A DNA stretch of 64,000 bases from a virus. This document shows positions 55,840 through 64,000 of the stretch, piece after piece; within the stretch, counting starts at the first letter, position 1; the number at the start of each line of letters is the position of its first letter. A program made the position numbers and the translations under genes. The notes beneath the pieces were generated by a model, which saw nothing but the letters and a program-made list of their open reading frames with translations, searched no databases and was not told where the DNA came from. Location of the stretch: IMG/VR virus record IMGVR_UViG_3300012204_000007, positions 56,831-120,830 of that record; one strand, written 5' to 3'.

Positions 55840-56543
55840 AATTTGGAATCATCTCGCTGCCAGACAGCGACAGGGTAGAATATAAGAAAGCCATACGCGA
55901 GCATGTTCATTATCCAGAACTGCCACTACCAGCATTCGATGCCCGTGCATACAATCCGGTAGATGCTATAGAGACAAAGGGTCTAGAGTTAAAACACTGG
56001 AACGCCAAACTTGGAGAATTGGGAGTCTGGCTTTCTAACTATGACCGCTGGCGTCAAGCAGCAGAACATGGTCCACTAATAGTGTTTGAAGATGACGCTA
56101 TAGTAGATGAGACTTTTACTAGTAAGTTTGAAGAGTTTATGTCAGAATTACCAGAACATTGGGACTTCGCAGCGTTGTGGGTTCCAGAGAATCAATTGCA
56201 AGACTATTTATATGATGCCGACCATACTGAGGACGGAGTGCTCAGGGTTAATGGATATAAGACCGCCGATGACTCAATTTACAAGATTCCTGGCAATCTG
56301 ATGGCCTCACTTGTCTATCAGGGCTATGGTATGGTATCATTGGTATACTCCCGTAAGGGTGGCCAGCGACTTGTAGAACTAGCGCACGAACGCGGCATTA
56401 ACGGCCCGGTAGACTGTTGGATTTATGAACAGGCTCACAGAGGCGCAGCAAAGGGTTATGCTCCATTACCGATTGCCGCAGATATCGTTGGATATGATTG
56501 GGCAGCACCATCACACGTACAATTAACAGAAAGAGCATTATGA
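55836..56543 (+). CDS. glycosyltransferase family 25-like
   Basis: IISL...DR, GELGVWLSN, IVFEDDA, YSRKGGQRL, PVD. Confidence 0.8.
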   Translation: MKFGIISLPDSDRVEYKKAIREHVHYPELPLPAFDARAYNPVDAIETKGLELKHWNAKLGELGVWLSNYDRWRQAAEHGPLIVFEDDAIVDETFTSKFEEFMSELPEHWDFAALWVPENQLQDYLYDADHTEDGVLRVNGYKTADDSIYKIPGNLMASLVYQGYGMVSLVYSRKGGQRLVELAHERGINGPVDCWIYEQAHRGAAKGYAPLPIAADIVGYDWAAPSHVQLTERAL

Positions 56544-57445
56544 AGGTAGTAGTTTCCGGTGGGCAAGGATTTATTGGCCAGTACACAGTAAGAGAACTAA
56601 TTAGTAGAGGCCACAAGGTCATTATCTTTGATACAAGGGACTTGAACGTCCGACCAGAAGGCTCCGAGTTCGCATTGGGCGACATTCGTGACGCTGTTTC
56701 TGTTACCGAAGCGTTTGCTCACGCAGATGCATTTATACACTTGGCCGGTGTGCTGGGCACGCAGGAGACTATTAAGAATCCTACACCCGCAGCCGAGACC
56801 AATATTCTAGGTGGCCTTAACATCTTGAAGGCCGCAGCGCAGTATGGTGTTCCCGGCGTTAATATTGCGGTAGGAAACTACTGGATGAACAATACATACT
56901 CCATTTCTAAGAACACTATCGAACGCTTTGTCGCTATGTTCAACAAGGAATGTGGCACGCAGATTAATATTGTGCGTCCCACCAACTGCTTCGGCCCTGG
57001 CCAGACTTCATTCCCTCCCTACGGGTCTTCTAAGGTAAAGAAGATTACCCCAGCATTTATCAACGCTGCTATTCGCAATGAGCCCATTGGTATCTATGGC
57101 GATGGCATGCAGATATCTGATATGATTTTTGTAGAGGATGTAGCAAAGGTTCTTGCCACCGCAATGGAGCACGCGGTAGATGGCAAGATTTATAGCACAC
57201 CGTTCGAAGTAGGATATGGTGAGCCCATCACTGTTAATGAGGTTGCTAAGACAGTCATCAGGGTTGCAGGTTCAAGTTCTGTTCTTGAGCATTCACCTAT
57301 GCGTCCGGGCGAGGAAGTGGGCGGTGTTGTGCTTGCTAATCCAAATACTTTGTCACCGCTAGGTATTTCCAAGGCTGACTTCGTCAGTTTAGAAGATGGA
57401 TTGAAGCGTACAGTTGCTTGGTTTAAGGAGACTCAGGGCGTATGA
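56540..57445 (+). CDS. NAD-dependent nucleotide-sugar epimerase/dehydratase
   Basis: VSGGQGFIG, HLAG, YSISK (YxxxK), NCFGPGQ, IYGDG.Q..DMIFVEDVA. Confidence 0.92.
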   Translation: MKVVVSGGQGFIGQYTVRELISRGHKVIIFDTRDLNVRPEGSEFALGDIRDAVSVTEAFAHADAFIHLAGVLGTQETIKNPTPAAETNILGGLNILKAAAQYGVPGVNIAVGNYWMNNTYSISKNTIERFVAMFNKECGTQINIVRPTNCFGPGQTSFPPYGSSKVKKITPAFINAAIRNEPIGIYGDGMQISDMIFVEDVAKVLATAMEHAVDGKIYSTPFEVGYGEPITVNEVAKTVIRVAGSSSVLEHSPMRPGEEVGGVVLANPNTLSPLGISKADFVSLEDGLKRTVAWFKETQGV

Positions 57446-58278
57446 TTGATGGAAAGAAAGTTATAGTATTCACACCGTGGGGTAGAGAACTTACTGCCTC
57501 TTTGCTTTTTAAGTATCTAGAGCGTGACTACGAGAATGGCGTAATAGACGAATGGCACCTTTGGATGAATACCGATGAGGACCAGCAGTCAGACCGTGAC
57601 TACGGTTATGGTCTTGCTAAGGAGCACGACTGGATTAAGACGTTTGAGCGTCCCGAGGGTCCGGTGCTTCATCCTAAACAAATGAATACTGGCAGGTTCT
57701 ATCAGTATTACAAAGATGATTCTGACGCGGTATTGGTACGTATGGATGATGACATTGTGTGGATTGAAAAGGATGCTATCGAGCGCCTAGTCACATACAG
57801 ATTGCAGAACAAGTTCCCATTCGCGGTGTTCCCGCTTATCTGGAACAATGCAGTATGTTCATTCTACTTACAGCAGGGAGAGCAGATGCCGTCTTGGTGG
57901 GGTATAGTTGGAAATCACTGTATGGACCCGGTTGGCTGGGCTGACGCTCAGTTTGCGGAGCACATCCATAGACACCTTCTCGACTGTATCGAACAGGACC
58001 TAGTAGACCATCTATATATGCACACCAGTGTTATGTTACCAGCAGGACACCAGTTCTCAGTGTCATGCTTTGCAACGCCGGTAGAGGCTTATGTAGATGG
58101 CGTCCCAGGTGAAGAAGAGGCGTGGCATACTATTGAGCAGCCATATAACCAGAATCGCCCAAACGTTATTGTGCCTAACTCTTTAATCTCTCACTTCTCA
58201 TTCTTCCCACAGCGCAACTACCTGTTGAACCACACAAATCTGTTGGAGCGATACAGGCAGTTGGCTGAGAATGTCTAA
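57442..58278 (+). CDS. putative GT-A fold glycosyltransferase
   Basis: FTPWGR, VRMDDDIVW (DxD-like), SHFSF; sits within the sugar cluster. Confidence 0.55.
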   Translation: MIDGKKVIVFTPWGRELTASLLFKYLERDYENGVIDEWHLWMNTDEDQQSDRDYGYGLAKEHDWIKTFERPEGPVLHPKQMNTGRFYQYYKDDSDAVLVRMDDDIVWIEKDAIERLVTYRLQNKFPFAVFPLIWNNAVCSFYLQQGEQMPSWWGIVGNHCMDPVGWADAQFAEHIHRHLLDCIEQDLVDHLYMHTSVMLPAGHQFSVSCFATPVEAYVDGVPGEEEAWHTIEQPYNQNRPNVIVPNSLISHFSFFPQRNYLLNHTNLLERYRQLAENV

Positions 58279-58948
58279 CCTTATACACAGAGTGTGGCTC
58301 GGCTCTACGATGCCGCAGCGATATGAAGAGTATGGGGATATGTGGAGAGAGTTGAATCCTGAGTTTGTTCTTCACGATTGGAACGAAGAGCAGATTATGG
58401 ATAGTGAATGGTGGAATACGCCTGTACTTCAAGACCTATACAATAAGTCTCAACAGCCTGGCGCAGACATGATAGCATATTATACACAAGTTGCTGATGT
58501 TATCGACTACGAACTGTGCTGGAAGTATGGCGGATGGTATTTTAATACAGACCTAAAGCCTTTAAAGCCGTTGGCGGTATTAAACCAAGATATGCATAGC
58601 GCAGCATTCGCTATGGAAGACGACGTACATGCTGTTAATATGGCTATGTACTGCCCACCGAATCATCCGCTGTTTGCTAAGATTGTAGATATTCTTCCGC
58701 GCCGGTACTTCAATATGCCAGGCGCTTTCATGAATGCTACTACAGGTGTACAACTCATCATGCAGGCCATTTCTGAGTATACCGGCGACGTAGTGCTTTA
58801 TCCCAGGAATGTATTCAATCCAATTCACTTTACAGACTTTGGATATGGTGAGTATCCAAATCTTGAGCGGGAGTATCCGGAAGAAACTATTGCGGTTCAT
58901 GAATGGTTGCATCGTACCAATCAGCGCGGACAGAGGGTTCTAGAGTGA
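58271..58948 (+). CDS. GT32 (OCH1-like) glycosyltransferase
   Basis: IHRVWLG, WRELNPEF, KYGGWYFNTD, PPNHP, TTG, FNP, AVHEW. Confidence 0.8.
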   Translation: MSNLIHRVWLGSTMPQRYEEYGDMWRELNPEFVLHDWNEEQIMDSEWWNTPVLQDLYNKSQQPGADMIAYYTQVADVIDYELCWKYGGWYFNTDLKPLKPLAVLNQDMHSAAFAMEDDVHAVNMAMYCPPNHPLFAKIVDILPRRYFNMPGAFMNATTGVQLIMQAISEYTGDVVLYPRNVFNPIHFTDFGYGEYPNLEREYPEETIAVHEWLHRTNQRGQRVLE

Positions 58949-59127
58949 AGGTTTATAAGATTGTGCACGAATTGCCTAATAGAAGGGCAATCATCAATGG
59001 TGAATTTAAAGACTTGCCAATTGATGCAAAGGTCGTCATCGAAGATGGCAGAGGAAATTTGTACGATGCTATTGTGCAGACTAGGTCTGGCTGCGGTGTC
59101 GTCGTAGGAGTAAGTGGTCTAGTATAA
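58945..59127 (+). CDS. hypothetical protein
   Basis: GTG start overlapping the upstream stop; TAATG overlap downstream. Confidence 0.55.
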   Translation: MKVYKIVHELPNRRAIINGEFKDLPIDAKVVIEDGRGNLYDAIVQTRSGCGVVVGVSGLV

Positions 59128-59738
59128 TGGAAATTATTGCATTGTCAGGGTTTGCGCGCGCCGGTAAAGATGAGGCTGCAAGCGTCTTAGTTAATGAGTT
59201 TGGCTTCGTACAGGTAGCATTTGCAGACAAGTTGCGAGATGTTCTATATGCTTTGAATCCATTAGTCATTGGTCGTGATGTCGATGGACATGGAAAAAAT
59301 AATAAATATTATTTACTTTTACAACAAGTAATTGATGCCTATGGTTGGCAGGGATATAAAGAAACTGTATATGGTCCAGAGATTAGAAGGCTACTTCAAA
59401 GGCTCGGTACGGAAGCCGGTAGACAGACATTATGGGATACTATTTGGATTGATGCTGCACTCGCTGGTCTCGATGACGATGCCAGAGTAGTAGTTTCTGA
59501 TGCTAGGTTCTTTAATGAGTTTGAGGCCGTCCGTTCTCGCGGTGGACACATTTGGAGAATTGACCGTATAGGTGTCAAGGCTCAATCAGACCATCCTAGT
59601 GAGACCGAGGCTTTGGATTATCCATATTTCAGTTTGTTCCTTAAAAACTATGGTACTCTAGAAGAGTGGAAAGCATTAATTATGAATGAATATGCTCTCG
59701 GACGGTACAAGGGGTGGGACTATGCAACAACAACTTAG
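59127..59738 (+). CDS. deoxynucleoside monophosphate kinase
   Basis: IALSGFARAGKD, AFADKLR, RRLLQRLGTE, SDARFFNE, HPSE. Confidence 0.92.
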   Translation: MEIIALSGFARAGKDEAASVLVNEFGFVQVAFADKLRDVLYALNPLVIGRDVDGHGKNNKYYLLLQQVIDAYGWQGYKETVYGPEIRRLLQRLGTEAGRQTLWDTIWIDAALAGLDDDARVVVSDARFFNEFEAVRSRGGHIWRIDRIGVKAQSDHPSETEALDYPYFSLFLKNYGTLEEWKALIMNEYALGRYKGWDYATTT

Positions 59739-60321
59739 AATAGGTATAGACTTAGATGGTGTCGGATACATCTTTGCAGAATCTGTAAGAGATTATCTAT
59801 GCTCAATTGGCATGCAGGTATCACCCATGCCAGACTCAGCATGCCTATCTTGGAACTTTCACGAACAATGGAATGGCATGGACAGAAAAGAGTTTAATAG
59901 CCACTGCGATGATGGTGTAGACGACGGTTTTGTATTCGGACCTGGTAGGCATCTGACTAGGCCCAACTTCTTTGAGTCATTGAGAATCATCAAGGAGATG
60001 GGTCATAAGATTATCATTATCACACATCGTTACCAGGGCTCGCCTGGCAATGCTGAGTTGAATACATATAAGTGGCTACATCCAGTAATAGATATAATTG
60101 ATGAAATTCACTTCTCTCATGATAAGACTAGTGTTCCTACAGATATGTTTGTAGAAGATAACTTACAAAACTACGATGCTTTAAAAGCGGCCGGTACGGA
60201 CGCTTATCTTATCAATAGACCATGGAATATGCCATACAATGACAAGCGTAATCGTATTAATGATATCGCTGACTACGCCGATGCAGTTGTCGCTCGCACA
60301 TTGCTGGCGGACGTGGTATAA
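59722..60321 (+). CDS. HAD-family 5'(3')-deoxyribonucleotidase
   Basis: IGIDLDGV, IITHR, FVEDN, RPWN. Confidence 0.88.
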   Translation: MQQQLRIGIDLDGVGYIFAESVRDYLCSIGMQVSPMPDSACLSWNFHEQWNGMDRKEFNSHCDDGVDDGFVFGPGRHLTRPNFFESLRIIKEMGHKIIIITHRYQGSPGNAELNTYKWLHPVIDIIDEIHFSHDKTSVPTDMFVEDNLQNYDALKAAGTDAYLINRPWNMPYNDKRNRINDIADYADAVVARTLLADVV

Positions 60322-60328
60322 TTGAAAC

Positions 60329-60502
60329 ATGCCAACCTATACATACAAATGTATTCAATGTGATACATCAGAAGAAAGAAACGTGAAAATAGCACATCGT
60401 GACATTCAGTCATGTAGAGAGTGCTGCACGCAACTCAAGCGCACCATATCATTCACTGGGCTTACTTGGGCACCGTCCTCAACAAATGGGTTGATGCGCT
60501 AA
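60329..60502 (+). CDS. FmdB-like zinc-ribbon protein (not in ORF track)
   Basis: MPTYTYKCIQC...CREC...LKR; ATG 6 nt after TGGTATAAT. Confidence 0.8.
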   Translation: MPTYTYKCIQCDTSEERNVKIAHRDIQSCRECCTQLKRTISFTGLTWAPSSTNGLMR

Positions 60503-60942
60503 TGGTTAGTCCCATTGACCTATCCTATACCGCAGGCCTCTTTGATGGAGAAGGGTGTATTTCATTTGCTAGGCGCTCTCGTCAGACTGGCGGATATCGT
60601 TATAGTCTCTCAGTTTCGGTAGAAATGTCTGATGAAGAGAGCATTGATTTTTTGCATGCCATTTTTGGTGGGAATAAGATGTTCTATGACCGATACGGCA
60701 AGAAGAGGCTTTACCGATGGTCTAAGGCGTCTCTACAAGACGTAAGAGACTTTCTTGTTTTGATTGAGCCGTACGTAAAGTATAAGCGCCCGCAGGTCAT
60801 GGCTGCCATTGGATACTGTGATTATATGATTTTAGGTCATGTATTCACAAACGCGGGATACCCAGATGATGTGGTGGCGGTTCAGGAAGAAATTTATGCA
60901 GATTTGCGCGCCATGAAGGCAGAAGCAGGTGGTATGCGATGA
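60502..60942 (+). CDS. free-standing LAGLIDADG endonuclease
   Basis: LSYTAGLFDGEGCI, FGG, FLVLIEPYVKYKRPQ; TAATG overlap with the upstream ORF. Confidence 0.85.
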   Translation: MVSPIDLSYTAGLFDGEGCISFARRSRQTGGYRYSLSVSVEMSDEESIDFLHAIFGGNKMFYDRYGKKRLYRWSKASLQDVRDFLVLIEPYVKYKRPQVMAAIGYCDYMILGHVFTNAGYPDDVVAVQEEIYADLRAMKAEAGGMR

Positions 60943-61490
60943 GTTTATTACCGGTAGAACAAGTGCGTTATGAAGAGATGAACGCTGTTGTAGAACTTTA
61001 TATTCAAAACATTAACCCTACGAAGATTGCCAGGCAACTAGGCATTCGTAGGGTTGACGTACTTAATCATATAGATGAATGGAAGGCGACGGCGGTAGGC
61101 TCAGAAGCGATGAAGGACCGTGTTGATGAACTCATAAGCACAATGGATGAACATTACTCAATGCTTATTCAGAAGGCTTATGAGATTATCGAAGAGGTTG
61201 ATGACCTAAAAGGCTCTAAAGAGACGATGACTCGCTCTCAGATGCTTTCTCAGAAGAAGGGCGCTATCGACCTAATTGCTAAGTTGGAAAAAGACCGTAT
61301 AGATATCCTACAGAAGTCTGGATTGCTAGACGCCGCAGATGTTGGCGACCAGTTGGTTGAGATGGAAGATAAGTATGACCGTGTTATGAATCTTCTAGAA
61401 GAGCATCTATGTAGCGCATGTACCGCAAAGATTCTTGGTCCTTTGCAACAAGAAATGTCCGGTAACGTAGTGGTTGTTCATGGCGAATGA
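60939..61490 (+). CDS. HTH protein, probable terminase small subunit
   Basis: N-terminal NPTKIARQLGIRRVDV HTH; directly upstream of the large terminase. Confidence 0.6.
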   Translation: MSLLPVEQVRYEEMNAVVELYIQNINPTKIARQLGIRRVDVLNHIDEWKATAVGSEAMKDRVDELISTMDEHYSMLIQKAYEIIEEVDDLKGSKETMTRSQMLSQKKGAIDLIAKLEKDRIDILQKSGLLDAADVGDQLVEMEDKYDRVMNLLEEHLCSACTAKILGPLQQEMSGNVVVVHGE

Positions 61491-63354
61491 TTTTGCACGT
61501 AGGCTTTTTAAGAAACTGTCAGGGGATGTATTCGATGAAGATATGGTCGATGAGTCTACCGGAAAGCCTGTAGACCTTAAAACATTTGTTACCTCACCGG
61601 ACTTTCTTAACCTAAAAGGTCTCAGCGACCCACAGTATTCTCTAGCAAATGCTATGACTCAGATTTACCGCAAAGAAACCCTACTTGCACTTTATGATGG
61701 CGATGAGGCGGCAGCAGAAAAGCGCTGGCGTCACACTTGTAAAGAAATCATCATGCAGATTGGTAAGGGCGGCGGTAAGGACTTTACGTCGACAATCGCT
61801 GTGGCCTATGTTGTGTATCTTCTGCTTTGTCTTAAAGACCCTGCTGAATATTATGGCAAGGGCAGCGGTGACTCTATCGATATTATTAACATTGCTATCA
61901 ACGCAGACCAGGCACAACGAGTATTCTTCGAGAACTTCATGAACAAGATTGAAAAGTGTAAGTGGTTTGAAGGTAAGTATGTCGACAAGGCCGGTAGCGT
62001 CAAGTTTGATAAGAACATTAATGTCTATTCTGGTCACTCTGAGAGAGAGGCGTTTGAGGGATATAACACCTTGATGGTAATACTCGATGAGATTGCCGGT
62101 TTCGCAGAGGCACCGGATGATGCTGAGGAAGGCGACGAACTACAAAAGACTTCTAGGGCTATCTATAAGATGTATCGCGCTTCGGTTTCATCGCGTTTTC
62201 CAGATTTTGGTAAATTGGTTCTTCTGTCATTTCCTAGACACGAGGATGACTTTATTCAAAAGAAGTATAACGATGTCATTGCTGAGAAGGAAACGGAGAT
62301 TATTACACAGCGCTTGAAGCGCGATGCTGATTTGCCAGATGGCACGCCCGGTAATGAAATTGATGTAACTTATGAAGTAGACCATATCATCAAATACTCA
62401 CGTCCTAGAGTATTCGCATTGAGGCTACCATCGTGGCTGATGAATCCAGCACGTACTATAGAAGACCTTACAGATGACTTCTTTGATGATTTAGGTGACG
62501 CACTTGGGCGTTTCGCATGTATGCCAAGTAATGTTACACGAGGCTTCTTCCGTAATATGGAGGCAGCAGAGAATGCGTTCTCTAGGTTGAACGGCGTTGA
62601 TGGCGACGGTATCTTTCACCCTCAGTTCACACCAAAAGCAGATACAACGTACTTTATTCATGTTGACCTAGCCCAGAAGCATGATAAGTGTGCGGTAGCA
62701 ATGGGCCATGTTGAGAAATGGATTTCTTATAAAATTCCCGCTAGTGAACTAGTTGAATATCTACCATTAGTTGTTGTAGACGCTATCAGATGGTGGACAC
62801 CTACCAAACAAAAGACTGTTGACTTCTCATCTGTAGTAGAGTATATTAAGGCCGTTCGTCGTAGAGGGTTTGATATCAAACTTGTCACCTTCGACCGTTG
62901 GAACTCACACGACACTATGATGGACCTAGAACGAAATGGTATGAAGACAGACCTTCTGTCGGTAGCAAAGAAGCACTACGACGACTGGCTTGTAACGATG
63001 TATGACGGTAGACTTTTTGGTCCACACGAAGAGACTTTGTTAAAAGAGATGAGAGAACTTCGTGAGAAAAAGGGAAAGGTTGACCATCCGAGAAAAGGTA
63101 ACAAGGATTTGGCTGATGCTGTATGCGGTGCTATTTATAATGCAGTTGCTAATACTCCCAAACAAGAATCTCTCATGGCAGATGCGCTCACATTGGCTGA
63201 TTTGAAAAAACAAGTCAGAGAGTTGGACAAGGAAGAGCGAGAAGAAAAAGCAAAATGGGACCGCCCAAATGTGACAGTTGTTCCAAAGGCCAAACTTGCT
63301 GAGGCTCCGCAACACGTACAGGACATGGTTGCAGAACTCATGCGTATCATCTGA
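61480..63354 (+). CDS. terminase large subunit
   Basis: QIGKGGGKD Walker A, VILDE Walker B, HVDLA..HD, FDRWNS, VDHP..GNKDLADA. Confidence 0.92.
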   Translation: MANDFARRLFKKLSGDVFDEDMVDESTGKPVDLKTFVTSPDFLNLKGLSDPQYSLANAMTQIYRKETLLALYDGDEAAAEKRWRHTCKEIIMQIGKGGGKDFTSTIAVAYVVYLLLCLKDPAEYYGKGSGDSIDIINIAINADQAQRVFFENFMNKIEKCKWFEGKYVDKAGSVKFDKNINVYSGHSEREAFEGYNTLMVILDEIAGFAEAPDDAEEGDELQKTSRAIYKMYRASVSSRFPDFGKLVLLSFPRHEDDFIQKKYNDVIAEKETEIITQRLKRDADLPDGTPGNEIDVTYEVDHIIKYSRPRVFALRLPSWLMNPARTIEDLTDDFFDDLGDALGRFACMPSNVTRGFFRNMEAAENAFSRLNGVDGDGIFHPQFTPKADTTYFIHVDLAQKHDKCAVAMGHVEKWISYKIPASELVEYLPLVVVDAIRWWTPTKQKTVDFSSVVEYIKAVRRRGFDIKLVTFDRWNSHDTMMDLERNGMKTDLLSVAKKHYDDWLVTMYDGRLFGPHEETLLKEMRELREKKGKVDHPRKGNKDLADAVCGAIYNAVANTPKQESLMADALTLADLKKQVRELDKEEREEKAKWDRPNVTVVPKAKLAEAPQHVQDMVAELMRII

Positions 63355-63383
63355 TTGACACCCGGCCGGTAGGATGGTAGAAT
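63355..63383 (+). promoter_or_regulatory. sigma70 promoter
   Basis: TTGACA-17-TAGAAT with GGCCGGTAGG in the spacer. Confidence 0.85.
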
Positions 63384-63403
63384 GAAGACGAAAGGAGGCA
63401 GTA

Positions 63404-63997
63404 ATGACAGAACTAATCTCAGAAGAAAGTCAGAGCGATAGAGCGGAGGCAGAACGCCACCACAGACCGTCGCGCTCCGAACTTGTGCTCGTGCTTATTG
63501 ATAGAGATGGTGATGAATGTCGCTACTGTCAACGAGACTTCTCCAAGCGAGAGCGCACCATAGACCACGTATATCCACAAAGTCGAGGCAAGGCTGATGG
63601 CTGGACATACGAAGAAATTTGGCATATTGACAATCTAGTTTTGAGTTGTAAGCCTTGTAATGCCAAAAAGTCAGACCTTCTTCTAGATGAAGATGGTAAT
63701 ATTCCTAATAGGAACACTCGCACGTTTCGGTACCGTCGCGACAAGAGGGCTCAACGTGCAGAGATATGCACTTCGTGTAATGTTGGCCGCGACCTTGGAC
63801 CAGACGAGGTCTGTGCGGGATGTGGTTCTGGTCCTATGCCTGAGCGGTGGCCGAGGTGGGCAAAGGTCAAAAGCACCGAGTGCCTACATGATGGTGTATT
63901 TTGGTGCTGGGCTTGTGCTATCGGAATTGTAGAAATACGCGGCGCGACCGAAACTATTTTTTATGGAGTCGAAGGTGAAGAAGAAGGATTGCTATAA
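63404..63997 (+). CDS. HNH endonuclease with Cys-rich C-terminus
   Basis: RDGDECRYC...TIDHVYPQS....NLVLSCKPCNAKK. Confidence 0.85.
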   Translation: MTELISEESQSDRAEAERHHRPSRSELVLVLIDRDGDECRYCQRDFSKRERTIDHVYPQSRGKADGWTYEEIWHIDNLVLSCKPCNAKKSDLLLDEDGNIPNRNTRTFRYRRDKRAQRAEICTSCNVGRDLGPDEVCAGCGSGPMPERWPRWAKVKSTECLHDGVFWCWACAIGIVEIRGATETIFYGVEGEEEGLL

Positions 63998-64000
63998 ATG

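Noticed and set aside
60421-60501. ORF-track N-terminal extension of the LAGLIDADG gene, or a group I intron here
   Set aside because: It overlaps an intact FmdB-like ORF; flanking genes are complete and coupled, leaving no room for intron structure.
47979-63354. Inteins in DnaE, RecA or terminase (also checked NrdJ and DnaB)
   Set aside because: Lengths are normal and no C...HN-C/S/T splice patterns were seen.
1-64000. tRNA/tmRNA genes, integrase or att site
   Set aside because: No cloverleaf with a T-loop or recombinase motifs recognised in the intergenic gaps; related phages may carry tRNAs outside this window.
1-64000. Stop-codon reassignment
   Set aside because: Long genes translate intact with the standard code, and TAA, TAG and TGA all serve as terminators.

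Overview
This window is a contiguous segment of a large lytic siphovirus genome. Gene content and order resemble large actinobacteriophages of the Streptomyces BE/BK type; that assignment is inferred, not searched. From left to right: (1) a leftward block of small early/accessory genes with a BCS1-like AAA ATPase and ThyX; (2) an AT-rich, palindrome-rich divergent control region at about 4.4-4.6 kb; (3) a long rightward run of GT4 glycosyltransferase, class II ribonucleotide reductase, endolysin, and the virion module (portal, protease/scaffold, capsid, neck, tail tube, frameshifted tail chaperone, tape measure, tail tip and fibre); (4) a holin-like gene; (5) replication/recombination genes (DnaB, primase, SSB, DnaE, RecA, Hjc-like, Cas4-like and RuvC-like nucleases); (6) a four-gene sugar-modification cluster, nucleotide enzymes and terminase. 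I saw no tRNA, rRNA, CRISPR array, integrase or intein. The most interesting signals are: a heavily over-represented (G/C)(C/G)CGGTA(G) motif that recurs in all reading frames, promoter spacers and terminator stems; a candidate neck-fibre system made of a small beta-sandwich subunit plus a Ser/Thr-rich protein with about 22 repeats of 20 aa, possibly the substrate of the phage glycosyltransferases; an ORF-less promoter-to-terminator unit at about 8.4 kb; an RBS-occluding hairpin with an internal promoter upstream of the endolysin; many apparently leaderless promoters; and near-absence of GATC and AGCT. All counts and family assignments were made by eye.
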